From Thermoplasmatota archaeon (GTDB lineage Archaea; Thermoplasmatota; E2; UBA202; JdFR-43): a stretch of 64,000 nt of DNA. The notes beneath the pieces are model-generated. The model had not been told where the DNA came from, made no database searches, and saw only the letters and a program-made list of their open reading frames with translations. Numbering within the stretch: position 1 is the stretch's first letter; every line of letters begins with the position of its first letter. The stretch covers positions 1,346 to 65,345 of the forward strand of contig JAWAYL010000002.1 of assembly GCA_038818725.1 (NCBI GenBank), in the 5' to 3' direction. Shown here one piece after another: positions 40,058 to 50,582 of the stretch. Position numbers and translations under genes: made by a program.

Positions 40058-41728
40058 TTAGCTCACGCCCAGCACAAATGGGCCGAGCAGAAAAGCGGTT
40101 GCGGTTGCTGAAGCATCTCCTGCCTTTGCCTTTATGTTTACTTTTCCAATTCCTAGAACTAAGCCAGTGCTTACTGTTACACTTACTCCTGGTTGAATTT
40201 CTGAAATTATTCCTTCCTTATGCTTTCCTATTAATACAAGCTTCCCTTCTAAATCAATGCTCCATTTAACATTTTTAGCTGGTGCATTTCCAATGTTTGC
40301 TATTTTTACTTTTGCTCCAAAACCGCCGGAAATAGCTAATTGAAGCACTGCAGCTCTTCCAACTATATCAAAGAATATATCATTGTTTCCATTAAATGTG
40401 TCAGTCCATACTCCATAGCTACCTTCTACATCAAGACAACCATATCCTTCATAAACTGTAGATGGATTATCATTTACCTGTTCTATCTCCCATGTCTTTC
40501 CACCATCATTTGTTTTTGCTGAATAAACATTTCCATCTTTTGTATAAAGCACAGTTGATTCATTAGCATTTATGGCTGTTACTGCTGGATATCTTTCATT
40601 TTCTCCCGGCGTTTCTGTAACATAGTATCCTTTCCAGGAAGCTGCATTGCTTGGAGTGGAGCTTGTCCAGCAAACTATATCTGTGCTTCCATCATCATTT
40701 AAAAATTCAGTTGCAATATAAAATCTTCCATCTTTTGCATCTACATATGGATGCATGCAATTTTTAAATTTAGCTCCATTCCATCCTCCACGCCACCAAT
40801 CTTCGGAAGAAGTTATCTTTTTAGCTAACAAATAGCTTCCAAATACGGAAGGATCTTTTTCATCTATGAAATCAGCCACCATAACACACCATCCCGTTGA
40901 TTGATCAATATCTACAGAAACATTAAAAACATCTACTGACATATTATAGAAGAATATTATAGTGACATATCCTTCTTCGGTAGCATATTGGAACATAAAC
41001 GCATTATCCTCTTCATAGCCGGAATATTGATTATCGCCAGTAAATGCAACTATACCCCAGAAATCGGGCGTTGGCGGCGTTGCCATTGCATAACATGCGA
41101 CATCAGAGCTTGTAAATGGGGCTCCTATTCCATAGCTTTCACCCCATCCAACTCTATAATAAACCCATCCATACTCACCTGCTTCTGGATCAGTTATATC
41201 TGGAAACTCTGCATAATATGCATAACCAAAAGCTTCTATTGGATCAGCTGTCCAAGTTCCATATGCTGTCTTACCTTCATAAAAATCTAATCTAGGCTGT
41301 TCTGGGTTTCCATCTACTTCAAAATAGTAACCTTCTGGCCAATTAGCCCCTCCATCATATGAGACACCTATACCTATATCAAACTGATTTATATCTGTTT
41401 CTATTTCATATAAGCACAATATGTTAGCGCTTCCATCTGTTGTAATAGCTGGATTTTGATCAGCTCCTTCATTTAGAGTAATCTGGATATCAGTTGGTAT
41501 ATAAAATCTTTTGAAACTTTCCCTAGTTGGCTTGATTTGCAATTGCAAATCAGCGGGTGTAGCAGAAACAGGTATTGGAGTGGGGGGTTTATTAATATGT
41601 GTTTCTTTTACTAATGTTTTTTTAGAAATATTGTTTGCGTTGCTCAATAGCATTGCAGCTACTAAAACCGCACATATTGCCAGCATTTTTTTCCCTTTCA
41701 TTTTTATCAGCCTCCTAAAAGAAATCAA
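40058..41728 (-). CDS. Secreted BNR/Asp-box repeat beta-propeller protein (sialidase-like fold)
   Basis: Signal peptide MKGKKMLAICAVLVAAMLLSNA; Asp-box motifs SYDGGANW and TNDGGKTW; hydrophobic C-terminus. Confidence 0.55.
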   Translation of the reverse strand: MISFRRLIKMKGKKMLAICAVLVAAMLLSNANNISKKTLVKETHINKPPTPIPVSATPADLQLQIKPTRESFKRFYIPTDIQITLNEGADQNPAITTDGSANILCLYEIETDINQFDIGIGVSYDGGANWPEGYYFEVDGNPEQPRLDFYEGKTAYGTWTADPIEAFGYAYYAEFPDITDPEAGEYGWVYYRVGWGESYGIGAPFTSSDVACYAMATPPTPDFWGIVAFTGDNQYSGYEEDNAFMFQYATEEGYVTIIFFYNMSVDVFNVSVDIDQSTGWCVMVADFIDEKDPSVFGSYLLAKKITSSEDWWRGGWNGAKFKNCMHPYVDAKDGRFYIATEFLNDDGSTDIVCWTSSTPSNAASWKGYYVTETPGENERYPAVTAINANESTVLYTKDGNVYSAKTNDGGKTWEIEQVNDNPSTVYEGYGCLDVEGSYGVWTDTFNGNNDIFFDIVGRAAVLQLAISGGFGAKVKIANIGNAPAKNVKWSIDLEGKLVLIGKHKEGIISEIQPGVSVTVSTGLVLGIGKVNIKAKAGDASATATAFLLGPFVLGVS

Positions 41729-41772
41729 TAAAATATAAATAAATTTTTTGATTGTCCCGAATATTGAGGAAA

Positions 41773-42477
41773 CTAAAATAATTTTTTCATTTTTCTAAAG
41801 ATTATAGAAATAATTAAGGAAAAAAATAAAATTGCTGTTGGCAAGGGTGTTTTTTTAATGTTATAATTTGTTTCTAAAAGAATAATTTCAATGCTTTCAT
41901 TTAATCCAACCATTTTTATCCAGTTCCCTGTTTTTTCGCTATAATAAAAAACATAAGAAAGATTTTCATTTCCATATCTTCTTTTTTCAACGATTTTATA
42001 ACATTCATATTTTTCTGAATTTATTTTTATTTCTTCTTTTCCAATGCATTGAGATTGTATGCTAATATACACTGTTCCCCCATTGCTTACTTTAAAAAAC
42101 TGACTTATCATTTCCCCAACATCAATATTATATAAAAAGAAATGGGCGGGAGGGGAATAAATTCTCTCCAACTCTTTTCCTTCATAAAAATCTATATCTT
42201 TTAATGTTGCAAGGTCACCAACCCTTATATATGAAATTCTTTTGCTTCCTTTTTCAGATATTTGAGAGATATTAAATACTTCATAACTATTATTTTCATA
42301 TTCTATAATTTCTTTTTTTTCGATTTTAACAGTTAATACATCCTTTTTTGTTTTATTCAATGAAATTTCATATTTCCAATAGTTTCCTTCTCGCCAGGCG
42401 GGCTTTTCAAGCCTTGCTTCCGATAGAGGAAAAAAAATAAGAAAAGATATTGCTATGGTTATTATTTTTTTAATCAT
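41773..42477 (-). CDS. Small secreted protein with C-terminal TM anchor plus basic tail (possible archaeosortase-type sorting signal)
   Basis: Signal MIKKIITIAISFLIFFPLSEA. The C-terminus is ...KKTPLPTAILFFSLIISIIFRKMKKLF. Confidence 0.4.
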   Translation of the reverse strand: MIKKIITIAISFLIFFPLSEARLEKPAWREGNYWKYEISLNKTKKDVLTVKIEKKEIIEYENNSYEVFNISQISEKGSKRISYIRVGDLATLKDIDFYEGKELERIYSPPAHFFLYNIDVGEMISQFFKVSNGGTVYISIQSQCIGKEEIKINSEKYECYKIVEKRRYGNENLSYVFYYSEKTGNWIKMVGLNESIEIILLETNYNIKKTPLPTAILFFSLIISIIFRKMKKLF

Positions 42478-42494
42478 CTGATAATATAGAAAAC

Positions 42495-43415
42495 TTAAAT
42501 AAATTCTTTTTGGAAAATAAATATTCCACCAATGAAGGCTGGCAAAAGTATCGTTATTATATATCCACTTAAAGAAAGAGCTATTACAGATGCGTTATCA
42601 ATTCCATAAAAAGAGAAGAAATATATAAGTACGCTTTCTCTTGTTCCAAATCCTGCAATAGTTACAGGGATTATTCCTATTAAAGAAGCGACTGAATATA
42701 TGATTAAAAAATCAAGAAATGGAATTGAGATATTGAGAGAAAATGAAACTATATATATCTGAAAAAACATTATTAAATAACTTAAAATTTCTATAAAAAT
42801 CGTCAAAAGGAAAAATCTGATAGATGGAAGATTATAAAGGGAGTCTGGAGGAATCAACGAGGAAAAATTTTTAGGTATTACAAATTTGAAAAAAGATAAT
42901 ATTTTTTTGCTTTTTTCCCTAAATATAAAATAAAAAAGCATGATTATTAAAGAAAATAATAAAAATATAGGGAAGAGATAAGGAAATTTTCTGTAAATAA
43001 AGATGCTTCCCAAAAGGACAAGAAAAATAAGAGATGTTAGCTCAATAATTTGATCTATAAAAACATTTATGATGCAGGCATGAATAGGTTTTTTGCTCTC
43101 CTCCATTAAATAAGGAACTCTTATGTAATCTCCTATCCAGAGGGGTGTTATGCTTCCATAAAAAAGACCTATAAGATTTATTTTTATTAAATAAAGATAT
43201 CTTGCTTCTATTCCTTGTTTTCTGCATATCAGCATCCATTTATAAGTACTTATAAAAAAGCGAGGGATAAAAAGAATGGAGGATATTAAAACTGCTAAAG
43301 GAGAGATTTTTTTAAAAATTTCAAAAATTTCATTTATTCCAGTTTTGTAAATAATATAAAAAAATAGAATTAAGCCAAAAAAAGGCAATATTTTTTTAAC
43401 GCTTTTCCATTTCAT
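42495..43415 (-). CDS. Flippase-like / lysyl-PG-synthase-TM-domain (UPF0104) membrane protein
   Basis: 306 aa polytopic. GLFYGSITPLWIGDYIRVPYL resembles PF03706. Confidence 0.5.
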   Translation of the reverse strand: MKWKSVKKILPFFGLILFFYIIYKTGINEIFEIFKKISPLAVLISSILFIPRFFISTYKWMLICRKQGIEARYLYLIKINLIGLFYGSITPLWIGDYIRVPYLMEESKKPIHACIINVFIDQIIELTSLIFLVLLGSIFIYRKFPYLFPIFLLFSLIIMLFYFIFREKSKKILSFFKFVIPKNFSSLIPPDSLYNLPSIRFFLLTIFIEILSYLIMFFQIYIVSFSLNISIPFLDFLIIYSVASLIGIIPVTIAGFGTRESVLIYFFSFYGIDNASVIALSLSGYIITILLPAFIGGIFIFQKEFI

Positions 43416-43460
43416 GCTAAAAAATGAGTAAGTTTTTTAATATTTTTCTGATATATTTCT

Positions 43461-45628
43461 GTGAAATTTAGACACAAGCTAACAATTCTCATGCTTGCAA
43501 TCTCAATCCCTTTAATATTAGTTCCATTTATATTGTCTGAAAGAATAGCGCAAGAGTTGAGAGTACAGGCGGAAGAAAACATAAAAAATATAGTTGAGGC
43601 AAAAACAGAATTTTATGAGCATATTTTTGCGGATTTAAGAAAAGAGCTTGAAGTAATGGTCAAATTGATAGAAGAAAACTGGGGAAAAGGAAGTTTTTAC
43701 AACTTATCTTATATATATATAGCATAAATGGAAGTTATGATATTGAGGAAGTTAAAAATTTTGAATTTATAAGCCAAGCATTTGGAATCTCAGCAAAAGA
43801 TGAATATATAAGTCTTGTATATTTTGGCACAGAAAGTGGCTTGTGCTTTTTAAGTGATAGCGAGTTTGCAAAAAGGTTATATGAGATAAGAGACGAACAT
43901 GGAAATAGAATAGATTATAGGAATAGGCCATGGTATAAGTTGGCAAAAGAAAAAAACTCAACAGTATGGTGTCCTCTTTATATTGATTTAAATACAGGAA
44001 AATTAACAACAACAATTTCAAGCCCAGTATTTATAAATGGCGAATTTGCGGGGGTGGCGGCCGCGGACTTGCTTCTTGAAACCCTAAGGGAAAATATAAT
44101 TGATATAAATTTTGCTGGACATGGATATGCAATATTAGTTGAGGAAGATGGAGATATTTTAGTTAGTCCAGAATATACTGAAGGAGGAAGAAAATGGAAT
44201 GAGACTTTTGAAGAATATAATATTTTCAATATAAGTGGGCTCAATGAAATGGGAGATTATGTAAGAAATTCTTCTGAAGGAATGAAAATTATAAAAATGA
44301 ATAATGAAAAATGGTATGCTTTTTCTAATCCAATTAAGGAAATAAATGGTTCCTTGATTTTTATAATCCAGGAAAAAGTGATTACAAAAATTGTTTCTGA
44401 AAGAGAAAAAGAGTATCTTGGCTTCTTTATTTTTATTTTTATAGCAGCTATGATTGCATCTGTTGTATTTTCAAAAAGTTTAACAAAGCCAATAGAAGAG
44501 TTAAGAGAAGTTACAAGAGAGGCAAGCAAGGGAAACCTTGATATAAGGGCTAAAACAGAAGGAAAAGATGAAATTTCAGAGCTTTCAAAAGATTTTAATA
44601 GAATGATGGAAGAATTAAGCATATCAAATAAATCTTTAAAGGAATCTGAAGAAAAATATAGAGGAATTTTTGATGAATCAATGGATGCAATTTATATATC
44701 TACATCCGAAGGAAAATTTGTTGATATAAATAATGCTGGGCTAAAGCTACTTGGCTATAGTAAAGATGAAATTTTTAATATAAATATTGAAGAAATTTAT
44801 GAGAAAAGAGAAGATAGAGAAAAATTTAAAAAAGAAATTGCCAAAAAAGGTTTTTTAAAAAATTATGAAGTCAGATTAAAAAGAAAAGATGGAAAAATAA
44901 TTGATTGCCTTATTTCTGCAATAAAGATTGAAAAAGATAATAAAATATATTATCAGGGAATAATAAGAGATATAACTGAATTAAAAGAGGCAAGAAAAAT
45001 GCTTGAGATGTATAACTCTCTTATAAGACATGATATAGGAAATAGAAATCAAATAGCATTAGGTTGTTTAGAATTGCTTCAAGAAAGTGATTTAAAAGAG
45101 GAGCAGAAAAATTTGCTTGATAAAGCATATGAAAATATTATGCAATCTCAAAAACTTCTATATAAGTTAAGCATAATAGGGAGAATTGGAGAAAGAGAGC
45201 TTAAAAAAATTAGCCTTGATGATGCTATAGAAAAAAGCATAGAATTTTATAAAAATATTGCTGAAGAAAAAGGAATAAAAATTTCTTTTCAAAAAAGGCG
45301 AGCTTTTGTTATTGCCGATGAGCTAATTGAAAACATATTTTCAAATTTTATAGAAAATTCAATAAATCATTCAAACTGCAAAAATATTGAAATATCAATT
45401 GAAGAGGAGGATGATTATTATATTGTAAGAATAAAAGATGATGGAAAGGGAATAAGCGATGATGTTGCAAAAAGAATATTTGAGTTAGGAGTAAAAGGAA
45501 GGAATAGCAAAGGTAGTGGCTTGGGCTTGCATCTTTCAAAAATTATTGTTGAAGGATATGGAGGGAAAATATTTCTTAAAGATGCAAAAAATGCGGAGTT
45601 TGAAATATACTTAAAGAAAGCGGACTAA
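43461..45628 (+). pseudogene. Sensor histidine kinase (TM - Cache - TM - HAMP - PAS - HisKA - HATPase), interrupted by a frameshift around 43682-43727
   Basis: ORF 43461-43727 encodes TM1 plus the start of a periplasmic domain. The ORF in the other frame (open from 43652; track start 43841) continues ...INGSYDIEEVKNF...RPWYKLA (Cache), a TM helix, HAMP, PAS (KDGKIIDCLISAIKIEKDNKIYYQGIIRDITELK), HisKA (LIRHDIGNRNQ) and HATPase (GSGLGLHLSK). The frames are offset by one nucleotide near the T5 and (AT)5 runs. Confidence 0.6.
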
Positions 45629-47299
45629 TTATTTATGGGAAAAAATTCCAATTATTCCATTTTTTCTTTCAATTTTTACAAATCCAAATCTCTCAAATTG
45701 AATAATTTCCCCATCATTTAGCAACTCTATATTTTTTTCTGCATATCCATGAATTATTTTTAAACTATTTTCATCAAATTCATCGTTTTTGAATGGTAAG
45801 AGAGGAACAATTATTTTTAAATCTATTTTTTCTTCACTTACCCATTGTATTTTTTCTACACCTCCAATTAATTTTTCTCCAGCAAATTTTCCATAAATGC
45901 AAGAATTTTTCTTTTCTATTTTTACATTATACAAATCTTTTAATCTTATAATGTCTCCTTCTTTTATTTTTAATGCATCTTCTTCTGGTATATAGAATAC
46001 TTTACCAACTGAAATTTTTCTTTTACCCATCTCAATTGATGGGTGATTTTTCAACTCAACTTCTTTTTCAATTCCATCTTCAACAATAAGCTTAACTGGA
46101 TGAGGAACAAAAAAGTATCTTTTTGCTTTCGCATCTAAATTTTTCCTATTTATAGCCTCTATATTTTCAAAAACAACCATTGCCTCAGATTTTGATACAC
46201 CCTGAGAAAGAACAAACTCTTTTATTGTCTCCGCCAGTATGCCACGCCTTTTTAAACCAATAAGAGTTGGAAGGCGTGGATCATCCCATCCCATAACAAC
46301 TTTATTTTCTATAAGTGGCTTTATTTTTCTCTTTGAAACGGGCATTCCTTTTATTTCAAGGCGCGAAAATTCCATTAAATATGGCTTTCTTAGTCCTAGA
46401 CAATCAAGAATATAAAAATATACTTCATCTCTTAGTTCATATTCTTTGCTTCTGAAGGGATGTGTCACACCTGATAAAGAATCTTCAACCGCACCATAAA
46501 AATCATATGTTGGCCATATCCTAAACCTTTTTCCATGAAATGGATGAGGGTGTTCTATTATGCGGAATAAAACAGGGTCTCGCATTGCTGTATTAAAAGA
46601 TTTCATATCTCCTTTTAATCTTATTGTTGCCTCTCCTTCCTTCATTGATTTAAAATCTTCCCAGGAGAAATTTTTGCTAGATCTGCATTCACATTCTTTA
46701 CAATTCGCTCTATTTTCCCTTACTTTTTCTTCAGTGCATGTACATATATATGCATTTCCTTCATCAAGCATTTTTTTAATTAATTCATAATGCTTTGGCA
46801 AATTATCAGATGTTCTATATTCCATATCCCACTCTATTCCAAGCCATTTCAAATCCTCTTTTTGTGCTTCATAAAATTCTTTCTTTTCATTCAATGGATT
46901 TGTGTCATCAAATCGAAGAATAAACTTTCCATCATACATTCTTGCATATTCATAATCAATAAATGCAGCTTTTGCATGCCCTATATGCAGGTAGCCATTC
47001 GGCTCAGGAGGAAAGCGAGTGATAACTTCTCCTTTTTTTGCAAAAGGCAAGGGTGGCAATTTTTTTTCTTCCTTTACTTTTTTTATTTCCTTTATACCTA
47101 TTTTTTCAAACTCCTCTTTTAGCTCTTCGATGCTAAGATTATTTATTTCTTCAACAACTTTTCTTACAATAGGTATTATCTCTTTTGCATCAGCCCTTGC
47201 TTCAGCAATAACTTTTCCAATAACTGCTTTTAAATCCGCTTTTCCAAATTTTATTGCATTCATCAGAGCGTGTTTTCTTGCAATTTCCTCTACGTTCAT
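45629..47299 (-). CDS. gltX: Glutamyl-tRNA synthetase (archaeal type)
   Basis: FPPEPNGYLHIGHAKAA (HIGH) and a KMSKS-like region. 556 aa. Confidence 0.9.
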   Translation of the reverse strand: MNVEEIARKHALMNAIKFGKADLKAVIGKVIAEARADAKEIIPIVRKVVEEINNLSIEELKEEFEKIGIKEIKKVKEEKKLPPLPFAKKGEVITRFPPEPNGYLHIGHAKAAFIDYEYARMYDGKFILRFDDTNPLNEKKEFYEAQKEDLKWLGIEWDMEYRTSDNLPKHYELIKKMLDEGNAYICTCTEEKVRENRANCKECECRSSKNFSWEDFKSMKEGEATIRLKGDMKSFNTAMRDPVLFRIIEHPHPFHGKRFRIWPTYDFYGAVEDSLSGVTHPFRSKEYELRDEVYFYILDCLGLRKPYLMEFSRLEIKGMPVSKRKIKPLIENKVVMGWDDPRLPTLIGLKRRGILAETIKEFVLSQGVSKSEAMVVFENIEAINRKNLDAKAKRYFFVPHPVKLIVEDGIEKEVELKNHPSIEMGKRKISVGKVFYIPEEDALKIKEGDIIRLKDLYNVKIEKKNSCIYGKFAGEKLIGGVEKIQWVSEEKIDLKIIVPLLPFKNDEFDENSLKIIHGYAEKNIELLNDGEIIQFERFGFVKIERKNGIIGIFSHK

Positions 47300-48237
47300 T
47301 TTTCTCTTTTAACAGCAAATTCAGCAATTTCAATTAACTTTTTCTTTTCTTCACTATTCCTTATTCTCTCTATCGCCTTTTTTGCTTTTTCTGCGTAGAT
47401 AAAAGCCATATTTTTTGCATAATCTATTGCCCCTATTTCCTCAAAAAATGAAATTGCTTGTTTAATTTCCTCATCCTTTCCATAAATTTTGAGCAATCTT
47501 TCCTTATCTTTTTTATATCCATATATATAAAGAATTGTTTTCTTTCCTCTCCTTATATCACTTCCAATTGGCTTTCCTATATCTTTTCCAATTACATCAA
47601 GGCAATCATCCCATATCTGAAATGCCATTCCAAGATTTAGTCCATAATTTCTTAAAGCTTCTATTTGCTTTTCTTTAGCCCTTCCAATAATTGCTCCTCC
47701 CATGGCGGCGTGCTCAAACATTCTTGCTGTTTTCTTTTCAATCATCTCAAGAAACTTTTTCTCATCAACATATTCAATCTTTTCAAAACTCATGTCCATA
47801 TCCTGTCCCTCACAGATTTCCTTTGCCATAATTGCAAGATTTCTCAAAATTCTTTTTGCTATTCTATCATTTTCTATATAACTTGCTATTTCAAAAGATT
47901 TCGCAAAAAGAGCGTCACCCGCAAGAATTGCTGTATTCTCTCCATAAATTTTATGAACAGTTGGTTTACCACGCCTCTCCTCATCTCTATCCATTATATC
48001 ATCATGTATAAGGGTAAAGGTGTGAATTAGTTCAAGAGCAACGCCAAAAGGAATTGTATCCATTCCATTTCCTCCAACAGCCTCACATGAAACATAGGCA
48101 ATTATAGGGCGAAGTCTTTTACCTCCCGCAAATGGCAAATGCTTCACTGCATTATATAAATTTTTTGGCTCAATTTCATATAAATAATTTTCTATTCCTT
48201 TTTCAATAGCACTTTTTATTTCTTCTAAATACTCCAT
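47296..48237 (-). CDS. idsA: Polyprenyl (geranylgeranyl) diphosphate synthase
   Basis: LIHDDIMD (first DDxxD) and FQIWDDCLD (second); 313 aa. Confidence 0.85.
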   Translation of the reverse strand: MEYLEEIKSAIEKGIENYLYEIEPKNLYNAVKHLPFAGGKRLRPIIAYVSCEAVGGNGMDTIPFGVALELIHTFTLIHDDIMDRDEERRGKPTVHKIYGENTAILAGDALFAKSFEIASYIENDRIAKRILRNLAIMAKEICEGQDMDMSFEKIEYVDEKKFLEMIEKKTARMFEHAAMGGAIIGRAKEKQIEALRNYGLNLGMAFQIWDDCLDVIGKDIGKPIGSDIRRGKKTILYIYGYKKDKERLLKIYGKDEEIKQAISFFEEIGAIDYAKNMAFIYAEKAKKAIERIRNSEEKKKLIEIAEFAVKREK

Positions 48238-49235
48238 ATTTCCACCTCTCTCAGCTCTTCAATATTTTTGCATCCGGTGAGAAAAAGAGAAAAGAGCAAC
48301 GATTTCCTAAAAATCTCCATTTTTTCTTCCATTGATTTGCTTTTTAAAATGGCGCTTGCGACGCCCGCGCAATCCGCACCAAGAGCTATTGATTTTGCAA
48401 CATCAAGCCCATGCCTTATTCCTCCTGTTGCAACTATTTCAATTCCAGCATTTCTGCATATCTCTGCTATTTCAATTAAGCAATAAGGAGTTGGAATACC
48501 CCAATCCCAGAAAATTTTTCCTATTTCTTCCTGTATTCTATCTTTAATTTTTTTTGCCCTATAGCTTTCAACTGCTGAAAAAGAAGTTCCCCCAGCTCCC
48601 CCAACATCTACTCCAACTATATCTGTATCTAATAATTTTTCAACAACTTTTCTACTTATTCCCGCTCCTGTTTCTTTAACAATAACTGGCTTCTCAAGGG
48701 ATGATGCTACTTCCTTAATCATGTTTATACATCCTTTTGCATTTCTATCTCCTTCTGGCTGAACTACTTCTTGCAGAAAATTTAAATGAATTGCAAGCAC
48801 ATCTGCATCTATCATCTCTATTGCCTCATTCGCTTTATCTATAGCATTTTTCCATTCAAGCAACTGGGGGGCGCCTATATTTGCAATGCGCAATGGTATG
48901 CTATAATTTTTAACCACACTATAACTTTCAACAACCTCACTGTTTTCAAGTCCCGCCCGCTGCGAGCCGACCCCCATTCCAACGCGGAATTTTTCCGCAA
49001 CTTTTGCTATTTTTTCATTTATTTGCTTTGCTTCTTCAAACCCACCTGTCATCCCTGCAATTATTATAGGCATTGAAAGCTTTTTTCCAAAAATTTCCGT
49101 TGAAAGATCAATTTCATTGATATTTATCTCTGGCAGTGCGTCATGAAGCAACATGAAGTCGTCCCAGTAGTTGTATGAATGCATAACATCCTCTTCCATC
49201 ACTATTTCCAGATGTTCCTTCTTTCTATTTTTCAT
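48225..49235 (-). CDS. fni: Isopentenyl-diphosphate delta-isomerase type 2 (FMN-dependent)
   Basis: KKEHLEI..., MPIIIAGMTGG, TIM-barrel FMN motifs VKETGAGIS. Confidence 0.9.
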   Translation of the reverse strand: MKNRKKEHLEIVMEEDVMHSYNYWDDFMLLHDALPEININEIDLSTEIFGKKLSMPIIIAGMTGGFEEAKQINEKIAKVAEKFRVGMGVGSQRAGLENSEVVESYSVVKNYSIPLRIANIGAPQLLEWKNAIDKANEAIEMIDADVLAIHLNFLQEVVQPEGDRNAKGCINMIKEVASSLEKPVIVKETGAGISRKVVEKLLDTDIVGVDVGGAGGTSFSAVESYRAKKIKDRIQEEIGKIFWDWGIPTPYCLIEIAEICRNAGIEIVATGGIRHGLDVAKSIALGADCAGVASAILKSKSMEEKMEIFRKSLLFSLFLTGCKNIEELREVEIWSI

Positions 49236-49256
49236 CTTCCAATTAATGATTTAAAA

Positions 49257-50582
49257 TTATTTATAATTATTTCTACTCCTTGCAAGTGATGTAAATATTC
49301 CAAAAGTGCATAAAATTGCTGAAATTATAAATGCTTTCTCCATTGCATCAACAAAAGAATAATTTTTTGTAAGCAAGATTGCGATTGCCATACTTCCAGA
49401 TTGCCCTATTGTACGCATTGTAGCAATTGTCGCAGATGCAATTCCATATTCCTTACTTTCAACACTTGCCATTATTGCATTTGTATTTGGAGAAGAAAAA
49501 AAAGCAAAACCAAATCCAATTAATGCTAAAATTGCAATTATTATCATTAAATTAAAATTATGTCTAATATAGAAGGCAATTAAAAAAATACCAAGGGCGG
49601 TAAGTGCTATCCCAAATGATGCAATTATTTTTGGATCTATTTTATCAGATAATTTTCCACCAAATGGAGAGAAAATTGCTTGAACAACTGGTTGGGAAAT
49701 AAGAATTAGTCCAGCAGTGCTTGCTGGATAATTTTTTATATTTTGAAGATAGATGCTCAAGAAAAATGATAGAGAAAAAGTGGCAATGTAATGAATTAAT
49801 GCGGTTAAATTTGAAAAAATAAATACAAAATTTCTTCTAAAAATGGAGGGTTTTATTAAAGGATTTTCTATTCTGTTTTCCCATAAAATAAGAGATATAA
49901 AAAGTAAAAGGGAGAGAATTGCAAATATAAATCCCTTTAATGAATTAATTATTGAAAGAGAATATATAAGGAAAATTATTGATACCCCCCATAAAATTGA
50001 GCCAAAATAATCAAATTTCTCATAATTACCAGAAAATTCATATTTAAAATTGCTTAGAAGAAGAATTATTAAAATACATATAAAAATCATAAAGAGGAAA
50101 ATGCTTCTCCATCCAAAATAACTTGTTAAAAATCCTCCTATAAATGGACCGGTTGATAATCCTAAATAGGTAAATGAAACATTTATTCCAATTGCTTTTC
50201 CTCTATCTTCTTTAAAAAATGAGGATAGAATTGCTGTCGCATTTGAAAAAATCATTGCACTTCCAATTCCATGAATTATTCTGAAAATTAAAAAAAGAAA
50301 AGATACATTAGAAATCATTGAAAGAAAAGATGCGATTGCAAAAATTATTATTCCATATAAAAAAATTTTTATTCTTCCATAAATATCACCGATTTTTCCA
50401 AAAGGCAATAGTAAAACAGCAATTGCAATTATATATGATGTTGTAAGCCATCCTAAAAAGAATGAGTCTATACCAAAATCTTTTCCTATGGAAGGAAGGG
50501 CTATATTAATTGATGAACTTGTAAAGGAAACAAGAAATGATGAAAAACTTGTTATAATCAAAATTATATTTTTATCCTTCAT
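49257..50582 (-). CDS. MFS transporter (DHA-like)
   Basis: 12-14 TM helices, GKIGDIYGRIKIF motif A-like loop. Confidence 0.8.
   Translation of the reverse strand: MKDKNIILIITSFSSFLVSFTSSSINIALPSIGKDFGIDSFFLGWLTTSYIIAIAVLLLPFGKIGDIYGRIKIFLYGIIIFAIASFLSMISNVSFLFLIFRIIHGIGSAMIFSNATAILSSFFKEDRGKAIGINVSFTYLGLSTGPFIGGFLTSYFGWRSIFLFMIFICILIILLLSNFKYEFSGNYEKFDYFGSILWGVSIIFLIYSLSIINSLKGFIFAILSLLLFISLILWENRIENPLIKPSIFRRNFVFIFSNLTALIHYIATFSLSFFLSIYLQNIKNYPASTAGLILISQPVVQAIFSPFGGKLSDKIDPKIIASFGIALTALGIFLIAFYIRHNFNLMIIIAILALIGFGFAFFSSPNTNAIMASVESKEYGIASATIATMRTIGQSGSMAIAILLTKNYSFVDAMEKAFIISAILCTFGIFTSLARSRNNYK

Noticed and set aside
40058-41728. C-terminus AFLLGPFVLGVS of the BNR protein as a PGF-CTERM archaeosortase signal
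   Set aside because: It has a GPF-like tripeptide and a hydrophobic tail but no basic C-terminal residues. It is too ambiguous to call, so it is mentioned only as a possibility in the operon finding.
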